Assembly: GCA_003344405.1 (NCBI GenBank) | Contig: NOWV01000141.1 | Coordinates: forward strand, 62,001 to 126,000 | DNA: 64,000 bases | Direction: 5' to 3' | Source of the DNA: Trichoplax sp. H2 | Lineage: Eukaryota | Shown here: positions 1-14,254 of the stretch, piece by piece | Layout of the letters: each line of letters begins with the position of its first letter | Position numbering within the stretch: the first letter of the stretch is position 1 | Program-made: the position numbers and the translations under genes | The notes under the pieces: model-generated | What the model saw: the letters and a program-made list of their open reading frames with translations, nothing else | The model's database searches: none | Told to the model about the DNA's origin: nothing

Positions 1-2360
1 TGCTTGTTGGTACATTGAATTTCAGTGTAAACTTAAAAACTGTAATTATTACTGAATTGAAAAGATTTGACACGAATCCAAATCCTTGACAATTCAATCC
101 ACCTTCAAATTTTAAATGGTATCATTATACAAATAGTTTCTAAACAAAGTAAAGTGCATGCATTTTTTATTACGATGAGTGATACTATAATTATTTTATT
201 GAAAAGTTAAAAAATCGGCACGCGCACAGCTTATCCGTTACATAGGCACATTTATCATTCCTGAATTTGATCGCCCAACTACGTACGATACTGTGTTGTG
301 CAATACGACAAATTTGCGCTAAATCAATAAGATGTGATAAAAGCCTCTATGTTCTAGAAAAAGATTAATGTTTCGACATTGCGGGATGCTAATCAACAGG
401 ACACTGGTGGTTGTAATTGTATAATATAGGCAGTACTGTACATATTAATTGTAGCCATAATAATAATAATTCAAATTATTTCATTTCGTGTGGCATGTAG
501 TTACAGTATTGTATTGCCAGTCTAGATTCAATTTTAACGTCGTGAATCTTAATTCTTCAGCTGTGAAACACCTGAGTACTGTGTGAGTGGATTGAACAAT
601 AATTATAGAATCATTATATGATCAAAAAGGGAAAAGAGTCATTGCATCATTGGCATTCGTCCAACTTGTATGGTAATAATACAGTGTATAAAAGACACCC
701 ACAGTAATAATCAGAATCAAAATACTTTCTTGCCACCATCATTTGTATTGTTAATCGCTTGTTTTCATGTAATAATAACATGGTAGTTAGCGTACTTCTA
801 GGTATGTAGTAACATATTGAATATCGATTTAGAATCCAAAATTAGAATCAAACTATTGCAGTAATACCGGTCGGTGTCTGGTGTCGTCGTGGCGTAATCG
901 TATGCACTCAACTTGTGAACTAACCCGAAACCTAACTAGTGTCCATAGTACTGGTACAACCTGCAGTAATACATCAGTATCTATATAGAATGAATGTCCA
1001 AAATTCAATCGTTTTCCTTCATGATAGAAATTTGTACCGATCTACAACATCTTTGAAAGAATAAATTTTCTAGTAGTATCAAAAGACCATGAGTGACTTA
1101 TATCACAGTAGTGGATTATTTTTGAAATCCAGGCCTAGAGAGGATTCTACATTATCGTTGATGTTATTAAAATATACTCCTCCTCGAACTAGTCATCAGT
1201 TTCCTTGTCTGTATTCATTTAAAACTTTTATGGCTATTCTACCCTCAGACGGAGTCTAGTCGATGCATAGAACTGGCAGACTTTTCATCGTTGGCCACCA
1301 TTGAAAGCAAGATTAGAATTTGATGGAAAAAATGGACTAAATGCATATGCTTGTTGATCCCATCGAGGGTAGACAACACTGGGCTATAAATGGTAGTACA
1401 GTATCGTATTTTGCAGCATGACGGGCTAAAGGCGATCTGACTACGACACCAAATCAGGACTAAAATTGATGACAACAAAATAGATATGCACGATTGTAAA
1501 CTTGCATTTCCTTTATCCAAAAAGACATGGAAAAGGAATAACCAAATAGTGATTGAAATTATTGGCCATGTATTGGATAGTGATCGCGATCTCTTTTTAT
1601 AAATTGATAATCAAAATAGTCACTCCTACTCCGTCACGAGTTATCGTATGCATCATTGGAATGTGAAGATCGCGGCGCACATGCTGGCACCGAGGTGGCT
1701 ATGTGCAAAACACCGGTTGTCAACGAGTGCTCCAGTCTATTACTCAAACTGATATCGATTGGAAGCAGGTAAGCGAATGGTGTTCCACATCGTGTTGTAT
1801 GACTCATTCTACCCTTGATTGATCTCTATTGATCAACTCATTTTACTATCATGATTTCTTGCCTTTTAGTAAGCTTATCGTAGTAAGTGTCGCATCATCC
1901 TACTGTACATACAGTCATAACGTTTTAAATAATTCAATCGCGATGATAATGATGATGAAAGTGGTGCCGGCGATGAGACCCATTTGGTCACGATGACACT
2001 CCACTTTCTAGATCAATGAATGAAGAAGGACAACTGGACCCATGAAAAAGTAGAAATGATTGAATACCTTTGTTATTTCGACGTCTCGGCATATTGCTTC
2101 ATGAGTTGGGTAATTGTAATTGCGGGCTTGAGCTTGATAGCAATAATGATGCTGGCAAAGGATGCAAGAAAGTGAACACGTTTAGTGTTAATGAGATGCT
2201 TTTACTTTACTTTCTAACGATGCAGTCGGCTTTCCTGACCGAAGAAAACCGAGCGGAGTGCAACTGCCCAGTTTGACTGCACTTGCGGCCGTGTTCGATA
2301 CTGTAACGTGACAGTGTGATCGAGCAATCACGTGCTGTTAATTGGGAATGGTTCGCCATC

Positions 2361-3203
2361 AGTACAGTACTTCGAGAATGTACAGTATCTGTACTGTAGA
2401 GTACAGATACTGTACAGTAAATGAATGTCTTCGCCATTGATGATAGAAAATTAGAAATACAGTACTGTACACTACAGTACATCGAGAATGTACAGTATCT
2501 GTACTGTACTGTAGAGTACAGATACTGTACAGTACAGTAAATGAATGTCTTCGCCATTGATGATAGAAAATTAGAAATACAGTACTGCACACTACAGTAC
2601 ATACTGTAGTCAATCAAAGTTCGTTTCTTGATTTGCTATACAGTGCAGTATGTACAGAGATCAAGTTCTGGAGCCAGTACTGCCTTTTAACTTGCAACAT
2701 ACTGTACTGTACTTAGTACTGTACTGTACGTACTGCACAGCGAAAGACCTTACAGTATACAGTGTACAGTACAGTACAGAGATCAAGTTCTGGAGTCTGT
2801 ACCGTACAGTACAGTACATGTACTGTAAGTTGCAAGATACTGTACTGTACTGTACAGTATACTCATTACTGCCACAGCGAAAGACCTAAGGGAAAAAATA
2901 GTCAGTGATCTCTCGATCAAACATGTAAGCACTACTGATCTGTTTTATTACACGGAACATCAGCCATTTCCCCATCCGTCTCTCATGCTCTAGTATTGTA
3001 GTCAAAAAACCATCTTTGTACATCGTTATCAGTATGCAGTTGCTACGATAGGAGAAAAACCTCTTGTACTGTACACTGTCATTTAGTGTACTGTACAAGT
3101 GTACAGTATACAGTACTGTGGCATACAGTAGGCGCTACTTTTCACTCAAACCTGTACTGTACGGTGTACAGTACTGTACTCAAGAATTGGGTCAATTATT
3201 ATA

Positions 3204-3247
<44 letters not shown>

Positions 3248-3322
3248 CTCAAGAAGTTGGATAGACGATTGTACTGTACTGGACAGTATTTTGACCTCTA
3301 TCCTATAGTGGACAGTACTGTA
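2361..3322. repeat. Low-complexity field of CTGTA/CAGTA (TACTGTACAGTA) pentamer palindromes, including a ~120-bp tandem duplication (~2373-2482 / ~2483-2600), upstream of the P450 gene
   Basis: Dense tactgtac/gtacagta motifs. Perfect 17-bp inverted repeat 2379-2395 / 2400-2416. The ORF-track peptides here (YCTVQY...) are translations of the repeat. Confidence 0.85.
3196..3247. repeat. (TAT)n microsatellite
   Basis: Direct run of tat/tta triplets; gives the poly-Y and poly-I artefact ORFs. Confidence 0.95.
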
Positions 3323-3624
3323 GCCTCCAAGGCAAGCAGAATACATAAACAAATTAACAATCATCTCGGATGCAACACAGGTAGCAGAGATGGAGGTTAA
3401 GCTAGGCCATGTTAACTAAATGCATTGAGTAATTATTGCCTTGGAAACGCTTTATCAAAACGACGAATCGCTCAACATCTCGCTTACTAAAGCCTTTCTT
3501 CAGTGATTTCTCCTCTCACTTAACCTCTACAGTAGTATTGTGTATTGGCTTGTGTGTTTCATTGGATTGTTTACATCCAACATTAAGCATCATTGGACGT
3601 TGGCCAAGTTGCTCGTTAACGATC

Positions 3625-6542
3625 ATGCTTCTTCGAGTAGCTCGTCGTAGCCAAACTACTGCTTTATCTTCATGCCATTTCTATACTACTGCAACCACTT
3701 CGACAACTGCTGAAAGCGTGGATAGCCAACAAACGGATGAATATGCCAATGCTAAACCATTCAGTGAAATACCTGGTCATCGAGGAATCCCAGGCTTTGG
3801 GTCGCTATGGATATACCTCAAAAATGATCGCTTTTATTTGCAGAGACCACATCTCTTAATGTTAGACAGTAAAGAAAGGTTTGGATCAATCTATAAAGAA
3901 GCCATCGGATCAACGCATTATGTCATGGTTACCAAACCGGAAGATGTCGCAAAAGTCTTTAAAGTAGAAGGCAAATACCCTAGCCGAGGTCCAGTTTATC
4001 CATGGATCATTTACCGACAGCAGCGAAAGAAAGCAAAAGGAATTCTTATCGGGTAGCAATACAAAATAGAGATGATGCAACCTTATACGAAGTTATGCTA
4101 CACACTAAATTTCATCATCAAAGGATGATCTACTGCAGTACTCTAACTTAGTTTTAGGGATGCAATAGAGTTAGCAATAAATCTGAAGAAATCCTAACTT
4201 ATACTGTACACTGCACAATCACGTATAGTACAAATACAACTGCATAATATTGATTAGTACTAACTACCTGTAATCTGCAGTCGATGACAAACAATGAAAA
4301 GGCACAACGACAATGCTGTACAGTAAGCTTACTGCTAGACCAATTCTTGAACGATCGTTTATACTAGGGAATAAATACAGACGAGCTAATCTACAGCTAT
4401 AAGCTTATGTTTTTTCTTCTTTTCCAAATGGGTACATTAATTGCAATTTTCTAGCGTTTACACTCAGTTAAAAGTTAGCTATTATAATATCGTATGATAG
4501 TTCAAGGTAACAAATAAGATATTACAATAATAGTAGCTTAATTACATAATCACATTCACATGAAATACTCATATACTGTACCTTGATATCATTTAGTGAA
4601 GGCGAAGAATGGCGTAAATCTCGAAGTGTTATAGATAAGAAATTACTGAGGCTCAAAGATGTTAGTCGCTATAGTGGCAGAATGAATGATGTCGATACTA
4701 GTTTTATTAATTTAATTAAAACGGAATGGACTGGAGATCATGCTACTGGAGAAATGAGCAATATTAGAAATTATTTATTCAAGTGGTCTTTCGAAAGTAA
4801 GTATAGTATATTGCCTACGGTAGATAGTTTCCTGGCTAAGTCGTTAGCTCTCAACTCTAGTCCATAACTAGAAATGTTAATATCAATGAAAGGGATTCAA
4901 ATAGCCAATTAAAAATATTGCACTTTACAGTTTGGTGTGTTTAGTAAGTTGATGCAATCTTCTACAATTTCATGCTCTTTGGTTATTTTTTCAAGCTATC
5001 AATACTGTTTTATTCAGTAAAAGTCTTGGTGCATTCAATGATCCTCCGACACCGATTGCCGCCATTTTCTACAATAATGTTCTAAAAATGTTGAATGCAA
5101 CCAATGAACTCTTATTCTATCCACCTTATTATAAATACATAAAGACTAAATATTGGAAACAATATTGTGGTTATTGGGATACTTTATTCGAGGTTGGTGG
5201 CCAGCTAATTAACGAGGCACGCCAGGCATTGAATAATGGAAAAGGAATTGATATCGACAGGACCACTAGTCCAAGTCGTCTCAATGATTTGGAATTTTTA
5301 CCGTACATTTTACTTCGTGGAGAATTAACTGATGAAGAAATTGCTAGTAACCTGATAGAACTCATGACGGCAGCTGTAGATACCGTAAGTCTTATAATAC
5401 CAATATACGTGGTATTGGTATGTCGTACTACACTAGATGAGAATAGATTAGGATTTATTTGCGATAACCCTTGACAAAATTCTATAAGGATAAGATAAAA
5501 ATTACATAATTTGCGATCTGTAGATTCCTGATTTATGGTTGAACATATCATACTTATAATCAATGAAGATAGGATATATACAGTACAATAACAGTATCAT
5601 TTACCTCATGTTTCCATTTTTCTAGTCAGCTAACACAGTATTATGGGCGTTTTATGTACTGGGGAAACATAAAAACATACAAGAACGAATTTATGAAGAA
5701 ATTCAAAGTAACGTGAAGAAGGGTGAACAACCAGACTTTCAAGCGATTCAAAATATGCCATATTTAAGAGGACTAATAAAGGAAGTTCAGAGGTTGTATG
5801 TCTTCATTTATAATTTGCAGATTTAAGAAGTATTTCTAACTAAAATTCTTTTAGAATATATCCTGTAGTAATCTTCACCGCTCGGGAACTACAACAGAAC
5901 CTTGTATTAAGTGGATATCAAGTTCCAGCTAACGTATGCTCTATTACACTTGTCAATATTTGCTCCTTTATAGTATTCTCCGTATAGCTTGATAGCTAGC
6001 ATAAAATTTACAACTGTAAATTCTTGCATTATAGAGAAGATAGTAGCATTCATTAGTTAGAAGTAATACATATTCCAACGACATGATTATAATTATCATT
6101 TGTAGACACTAGTTTCTGTTGGACACTATACGATGTCTTTTGATGAAACAATCTATGAAGAACCCAATAAAATTAAGCCCGAAAGATGGATCCGATCAGT
6201 TTCTAACCGTCAGACCAACTCATTCAACTATATTCCATTTGGCTTCGGGCCACGAATGTGTATAGGACGTCGAATTGCGGAACTTGAAATGCAAATTTTG
6301 GTTGCAAGGGTAATATCTTGTTTACTATCGGCTAAAACTGCTCTACTGAAAAATTTCAAATCTCTGATATTCATAACTTTGCGATAGTTTATACTGATAA
6401 CGGCATTAATGCAATATTTATACAGATGGTGTCAGAATTTGAAATCGAATGCTTAAATAAAGTAGAAGTGGGAATGATAAACAAGTTTATTGCTACACCA
6501 GACACGAACATAGAACTAAAACTAAGCGTCCGAAATCGTTAA
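3625..6542 (+). CDS. Cytochrome P450, mitochondrial clan (CYP11/24/27-like), 7 exons: 3625-4052, 4597-4796, 4996-5384, 5626-5792, 5855-5933, 6106-6309, 6426-6542
   Basis: All introns are GT-AG and in phase. N-terminus resembles a mitochondrial transit peptide (MLLRVARRSQTTALSSCHF), followed by KPFSEIPG, EGKYPSR and GEEWRKSR. I-helix AAVDTSANT, K-helix KEVQR, PERW, and heme motif FGFGPRMCIGRRIAE are all present. Confidence 0.93.
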
Positions 6543-7616
6543 CTCATTTTAGCGCTGATCAAAAAATTTTAGTTTCGATAGCATACGCGTATATTGATTA
6601 TCCATATTTATTGTTATAGACTCTATAGAGTATAGGATGTAAAATAAATATTATTGATGCTAATTCAAATATGCGTACATGGCGTTATATTGCTATACGT
6701 GCATGTTTAATACAGTTCGATTTTAATAATTCGTTTCAAATACTCAAAATTGTACTTGAATATTGTTATTTATAAAAAATTAAATTCAGCTACTCGTAGA
6801 AATGTTTTTTATCGCATTAGCATATTACCTTCCATTTTCTTTCTTTCTAATCTATATGTATATGAACAGAATGTTAGTTCAAGGTTGAATGTAATTATAG
6901 TTTCGCTGGATTTATCTACTTGTAATTTTCTATATCCATGGTATTATACAAGTACAGCCAGTATATACTTTTAGTCACACCCTACCTAGATCTAGAGAAC
7001 ATAGAAACTATCGCATTTAATTGGAACGATCAAAAACTGTTACAAAATCCTTCGTATCGCTGTCCTAAATAGCTGAAGATAAAATAAAATTACTTTCCTA
7101 CGTTCTACTAACGTTACGTATCCTTACGCTATGATATTAAAATCTAAATCTTGTTATAGTGACTAAAAGCTGCTTAAGAGAGCTATCTCTTTACTAATTT
7201 TGGCATATTGCGAGAATCATTCAGTGGAAGAAATTCAAATAAACGTACATTTATTATGTGGGTTTCATGCCCTTTATTGAATTACATAGGATATAGATGT
7301 TTATAGCGAAAGCAAATGTCAGATCAAATAAATTTCGGTCATTAAAAATATCAATAGTTTAGATAGAATTTTTATTAAGTGCATGAAAGAGCTTCGTTTA
7401 TTTTTGCTTATTTTAATAATAAGCATTAATCAGTTAAGTCTAAAACATATATATTTACCGATATAATATGGATGCACAGCAATAACCAAATGAATAGCTA
7501 CAAATGAAAACAAGCAAATGTGTATATATACAATTTGCTAAAAATTGCAATCTTTCAGATTGATCATACAGTAGTAGTGGCTTTCGGTAACGATAATTAA
7601 ATTTTTCAGTAATCAC

Positions 7617-10600
7617 TTAATATGATGCTAAATTTTGCACACTATTACGACTTGGTAAATGTTGTGTGCCATGAAGACTGGGTAAATTTTGTAAGCTAAG
7701 GTTTTTCGGTAAATTTGCTGAACTATTATGAATTGATAAGTTTTGAAAATGAGTAGAAAATAGATCAAGTAAACTTTTAATACGACATTTTGCTTCTTCA
7801 AACTTGTCCCCACGTATACGGTTGATAATGAAATCTAGTTTCTTCATTCCTAAATCGATGTTCAAGTTGTAATACTTTTAAAATCTATCCATTAATAGAT
7901 ATAAATTTACATATACATTCAGACTATACTACTTTATTAACTGTGAATGGTCCCATCTCAATTATAGTAAATTGTTTATATGCACGTGCTAATTTATAAT
8001 TTTACGTCTCAAACCGTTGATTTCTTCAAGTTGATTATGTATAATTTGTAAATCAGAACTTTCATCAATCGCCTAAAAAAATTAATTACGTCATATTAGA
8101 AAATGATTAGTCTAAAAAGGATAGGGTAATACTGGAAGAAATATCAAGATTAGATAGTATTGTTGCGATATACTTAAACATTATAATTATAGAAAAAGTC
8201 TTTTCATTTTACTATCATTATTTAATCTTGCGTACCTGAAAGAGTTTAAGAGCTCCAAGTGCACATTCCTCCAACTCCTAAATTGTACCATTTTATATTA
8301 ATAATAGATTAGGGTGATATAATTAAATTCAGGTGGAGAGTTCTGCTGTACGAATTTATCAATAAGCAAAGGCTGATTTATTATCATATTTTAAACACAT
8401 AACATTATTAAAATATTTCTTACCACTCTCGATTGATACTTCTCTCTTATTTGGTTGCAAAACAAAATAATAGCACCCTTTCGTGCTAAAAATAGTTTCT
8501 ATAATTTGACGAATATGCAACGAAATTTTCTAGTTAACATCATATATTAATATCATATGTCATTATTGCTAGGTATGCCCTGAGATTGATATACAAAATT
8601 GGGGCATTAGTAATTAAAAAATAATCCTACAAATCAATGATTTGATTAATATTCGGTAATTCTCTACCTGTTCTTTACTCCCGTGTACAGCGTATTCTGA
8701 AAAAATCTGACGTGCGGCATTTGCGGGAAATTTACCAAATAATTTGTCGCCCTTAATCAAGAAGAATTGAAAAGGCTTATTACTTTTGATCTTACAGTCT
8801 CTTTAAGTTACTAAAGCAGTTATGACCAAAAGCGATTATAGTCGCGCTCGACAAAGCTTCTGTCAAGAATGCTTCCATCAAAGCGCGTAGAATATTGTCG
8901 TACAGTTGTATAATTAGATATTGTATTCCATAAAATAAAATTGAGAGATTAATACCTTTACAGTTAATTCAATGATTCTGGTGATAATTCCACAATCAAT
9001 TAAATCCTGTATCAGAAATAAAGGAGCAGAAAATTATGACATGACGTGAAAGCTTTCGCTTTTGATATCCCATACAAGAATAATTATTGCAATAGACCGA
9101 AATACGTGTGATCACCACTGTAAGAAATTTCTAAGTCCTATAATTCTACCTGTCGATATTCGCTTGCTGCAATAGCTTTTAGAAGCGATGAGGTTGTCTA
9201 AATATTGATTGATATTGTAATTATTTATTAGCTTAATTTTTAGCTGCAAGCAGTCAGTTTTAAATTATTCTAAACTTAATTTGAATAGATTATGATGTAC
9301 CCATGAAAATGCCTTATCGGAATCTTCGAAAAATTTCGGTTTTATATATCGAACAATACCATAATCGATTACCGTCTATACATATATGCATAGAAGCAAA
9401 AATAAGATATAATTATGTAGCCAGCATTCGGTTGGTTAATGTTACAAGTAGTTCACTCTCTTTTCTTGATAATAAGTACGGCCACTTACCTTAATTCTTC
9501 TTTTACGTTCTTCTAAAGAAATGCCTTGCAATGGACCATTAATTAAGCTAGAAATTGTCATTAAAGCAGCTTCCTATTAGAAATATTCAGAAGAAATGGT
9601 TAGCAGACCCACCTACTACAGAGGATTATTATCCATTTTATATTGTGGCTCTAGATATGTTTAATTTACCCTTAACGATTCACATGGAGATTCTGTCATG
9701 GAAATAACATGCATAATAAAAGTACTATCAAAAATCATCTTATAAAAGATGTTATAGAAAGGAATGAGGCATTAGTATCTGGCAAATAAGATAATATCAA
9801 TAATCAATTGGATTGTTAGTGCTGGTAAAGATATGGTATATGCTATCCTAATGGCTTAAGAATAGCATTAAGTTGATGTAGACAGAAGATTATTATAGTA
9901 TTCTGAGGCCTAGTATAGATTACCTTTTCAATCGCACTATCTGCATAAGCAATATTGCTGTAATGGTCGATTATGATACACAAGTTGTGTACAGTCTGAA
10001 ACAAACGAATTATTAGATCATTTACTATGTCATAAAGTTATAATTATTGTTGCCAATATCACTACTAGTTTTAAATATTAGTCTTACTAATAGCATATTT
10101 GAGGGTCTAAACGGAATGTAACGTTATCTACTTTTACCATAATTGATTTAAAAAACGGGTACCGATAATGATAGTTGTAAAACTAATTGTTTATCTACTT
10201 ATCTACCTGAGTGCTTGAGCACCATAACAGTTCTCGAAGGAGAGGAATCATCTATGATGATTACATATGATGAGCGTATTATAATCGAAACAGAACAGTA
10301 TAATTATAGGCTTAATACCGTCTTTAAACCTTTAATTTATTGTACATCGATTATATCGTAATGAACTTAGAAATTTACTTCGACATAATAGTGTCCTTAC
10401 TTACCTCTAGCACAAATTTTTTGGTTAATCTTCTAGTTTTCATATTAATATGTCTTACCATAGAGCTTATTATATCTAGCAGTGGTAACTACATAAAAGA
10501 ACAGTTTGGTTTATAGCTGTATCGTAGCTAACATTTCATATCATCAACTGCTTTAAACGATTTAGATTGAATTATCATTTTCCTTTTATGGGTAAATAAT

Positions 10601-13600
10601 GTCTTTACTGCACAAATTTTAGCTTTCAGTGACGCAAATTAGACAAAACATATAGTTATTAATTGTTAACTACTGAAATATTCATTTGTAAAAAATTGAC
10701 AACTATAAAAAAGTAACAGTAAATTTTAAGGAATGATTCATACAAACAAGACAAAAAAACTTATTGATTTTGTTCCTAATAGCTAGACAGCAAGAAAACG
10801 CCTTAAAAATTTCGATATTATTGATGAACTCACATTATGATTGTGAAAGAAGATTATGTTGATCAGTTTTCTTAATAAACTGTTATCGTGAATATAGACA
10901 TCATATGATATGGATTCAATAGCGCTGCAGACAGAAGTAACCACTTCTAGAGATGGAGAAGAGAGCAACTCTACCGCAATAGACATCCCATCTAAAGTCG
11001 AAGAGACAATTTGTTATGTTCTCGTTATATATAGCAATGGATTATCTTAAATTGATATTGACCGGTTAATTTACGAGTAGATAGAATTAACAGCACTTTA
11101 GGAAAACAAATATCTAATAAACAAAATCATTACCTGCATTTTTGAAGGCTATTCTTTCTTGTCTTATTACAGGTTTAATCATGAGGAATACCTCACACTG
11201 AATCTCGAAATTACAACTAACGCAAGAGATAGATTTAGGATAATGTTAGATAGCTTAATAAAATAGGACAGGATATTGGCTAAATGAGAATTTAACTATC
11301 CTATAGTTCACAATTATATCCCACAATTATTGATACCAATAAATATCATTATAAGGAGAAATAAGATAGTGTTTGCAATGAAAATCTATCATCATTTGAC
11401 TATCATTGAGATGGTTATACAGTATTATAACTTTATAATCGATCATGTATGCTTACTTATCAATCCGATGCATGCATTTTAGTAATTCTTCGATTAGTTG
11501 TGCTCTTTTAATTAAAATAATAACATTAGATATGGAGTTTAATATTATTTCAACTACAATTTTATTAAGGTAGTAGATATTTACTACGTTCCTATTTTAT
11601 CGAATTCTGATGCTAAAATTAGTAAAATGATAATCGTTAAGAAAATGATTTTAGATATTCGGACTACAGGTCGTATCTTTTACGTAACCCACTTAGAAAT
11701 TATACCTACATTGTAGATATTATAATATTTTGAACAGATTGGATTTTTAAAATTATACAACTACAGCATCATTAAACTTACTAATTATGCTAAGCTCCAA
11801 TTCATATACAGTATGCTATAGATTTTTTTACAAATTACTACAGTATTCTAGTATAGAAAGGTATAAGATGAGAGTTATGAAAAGATATCAATACATCAGC
11901 CATAGGTTATGATTTAAACGTGACCTATATAATAAATGTCCTACCAAAATCCTTATTAAATTTATTATTGATGGCCATCAACAATGTGTGCATACTCATA
12001 CTTATCAATAGATGGAAATGATGTTATGATATAAATTTACCTAAGTAGCTGGTCTTCGATTTCATCAGTTTCAATACTACGTCTATATTACAGCCATGAC
12101 AGGAAATAGAATAGTGTAAATTTGCATAATATTCACATTTTAAAACATTTATATAACAGAAAAATATGAAATTTTCATAATTGTACATCTATACTCGTTC
12201 TTAATTGTATTATTTCCATCATTTGGCTACCTAACACATTGAACAGTGGCTAATAATGAATCGNNNNNNNNNNNNNNNNNNNNATTATAACTTTATAATC
12301 GATCATGTATGCTTACTTATCAATCCGATGCATGCATTTTAGTAATTCTTCGATTAGTTGTGCTCTTTTAATTAAAATAATAACATTAGATATGGAGTTT
12401 AATATTATTTCAACTACAATTTTATTAAGGTAGTAGATATTTACTACGTTCCTATTTTATCGAATTCTGATGCTAAAATTAGTAAAATGACAATCGTTAA
12501 GAAAATGATTTTAGATATTCGGACTACAGGTCGTATCTTTTACGTAACCCACTTAGAAATTATACCTACATTGTAGATATTATAATATTTTTACGTGACC
12601 TATATAATAAATGTCCTACCAAAATCCTTATTAAATTTATTATTGATGGCCATCAACAATGTGTGCATACTCATACTTATCAATAGATGGAAATGATGTT
12701 ATGATATAAATTTACCTAAGTAGCTGGTCTTCGATTTCATCAGTTTCAATACTACGTCTATATTACAGCCACGACAGGAAATAGAATAGTGTAAATTTGC
12801 ATAATATTCACATTTTAAAACATTTATATAACAGAAAAATATGAAATTTTCATAATTGTACATCTATACTCGTTCTTAATTGTATTATTTCCATCATTTG
12901 GCTACCTAACACATTGAACAGTGGCTAATAATGAATCGAGGGAAAGCGGACTCTTTAAAATCTATAGGAGTTAGATTTTAAAAATTTAAATAATATGTAT
13001 AAGGTACTTATTAAATAATTAGTAGATACTAGATATAATTAATATCTCACAGCTAGCATAAGCTACCTAAATCGCTAACATCAATCATGATATTAAAATA
13101 CCGCAACAGTAAAACCGATTACTTATGGATAGATGTAGCAATTTTATTTAGCTATAGAAGTTGACTTACTTTCAATAAGTTCTGGATCTGATGGGAAGAT
13201 ATAAGTCTGTCGGGTAAACCCAACGTTTTATTGGAAAGAAAGACTGAACGGATCTTTTGCTAGCAATATGACAAGTCATATGAAATAGAACAGCAATAAT
13301 TAATAACGGTATCTTCAATATATCAATAATTAATCGATTTGCTATCGAATCATAGCCTATCTTCAAATAATTTGACGTAATAGTTGGTGACAATAGTGAA
13401 ATTCTCATAAGATTGATCTAATAAAATTTTAATGCCATTATTCTTCATTTTTAGTAGGGTTGGACGTCATTCTACTATAGCTAAATTTTACAATTTTACG
13501 ATTTACATTAAGAGATAAATCTTTGGATTGATTTGTAGATTTTATTCCCTTAATGTCCGACTTCAATTTATCCTTATTCAAGCGATCAATCTCTTTTATA

Positions 13601-13659
13601 AGATTGGTAATAAGAGGTACTTCAATACTACAGTTGTACAAATAGGATAATCCGTCCAT
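7617..13659 (-). CDS. Highly divergent importin-alpha (karyopherin alpha)-like ARM-repeat protein, roughly 18-20 small exons; 5' start and a few internal exons uncertain
   Basis: Spliced exons read ...QLIEELLKCMHRIDNCNFEIQCEVF / DGMSIAVELLSSPSLEVVTSVCSAIESIS / NIAYADSAIEK-MIFDSTFIMHVISMTESPCESLR-EAALMTISSLING..IK-TVIDYGIV / AARQIFSEYAVHGSKEQ-KLFLARKGAIILFC / ELEECALGALKLFQ / LEEING-MKKLDFII. These follow, in order, remembered importin-alpha blocks (ENCTLQFE, IELLSS, GNI, KEACWTISN, TVIDAN, GSAEQIKYLVELG, IEE.GGLDKIEFL). Last exon 7849-7617 ends in TAA. Confidence 0.7.
11424..12938. repeat. Near-identical duplication across an N gap (11424-12263 vs 12284-12938); probable uncollapsed haplotypes
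   Basis: Sequence after the gap restarts at attataactttataatc. The copies differ by a few SNPs and a ~185-bp indel (~11730-11915 absent from copy 2). Two exons of the ARM gene are duplicated. Confidence 0.85.
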
Positions 13660-14254
13660 TGAATGCGATAGAAGAACTTAATTTGACAATTTATAATGAT
13701 AGTTGCTCTGAAAGGAGTTCCCATTATGGTGAATTGGGATTACATGCCATTAATGGTTAAAGTATACAACTTAAATTTGCAAGCACTATAGAGATGGTAT
13801 TCTGATCTAACATGAGTTTTCTTCAAGAACGCATATTATCGCATAAGAGCTAAATGTTTAGGATTAACTTCTGTAATTTCGAGATGATATTCGGCAATTA
13901 GGCTTAATAAATAATGACCAGGAATTCACATAGAAAGATATCTACTCTAAAAGTGTAACTAAATACCGTAATACATAACGTTTTATTCAGGAAAGTAATG
14001 GAATACAATCTAGTTATTCTAAGCTCGATAACAGTGCCAAGCTTAAACTTGACTTATCGTCTATGGACAACCGATTATAATTTAAGTATGTAGAAAAAGT
14101 GTGTAATAACCATCACGAGATGATAAAATATCAAAGCTATCCATTTAGCATATGCATACTACAGCACATGGAAAGATAGAAATTGTGCGGACTACAATAG
14201 ACCTAGATGTACAGTTAACAGCAGGATTTATTGCTGGAAAAAATCAGCAGACTA

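Noticed and set aside
1245-2300. Short ORFs and splice-like sites at the window start
   Set aside because: No consistent reading frame or recognisable domain could be assembled.
2207-3400. Multiple ORFs rich in YCTVQY and poly-Y/poly-I
   Set aside because: Translations of pentamer palindromes and a (TAT)n microsatellite, not proteins.
7930-8015. Apparent frameshift or stop suggesting the ARM gene is a pseudogene
   Set aside because: Resolved by a phase-1 intron (AAC G|gtttga...ttag|GA ATG) giving EEINGMKKLDF, which fits the importin-alpha C-terminus.
8668-8910. RGS-like or BTB-like readings of this minus-strand segment
   Set aside because: AARQIFSEYAVHGSKEQ fits better as an importin-alpha ARM helix in order with its neighbours. 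The adjacent LYDNILR.. frame lacks an AG acceptor and is probably intronic.
11424-12938. Exon duplication within the ARM gene
   Set aside because: Copies abut an N gap and are nearly identical; most likely uncollapsed haplotypes.
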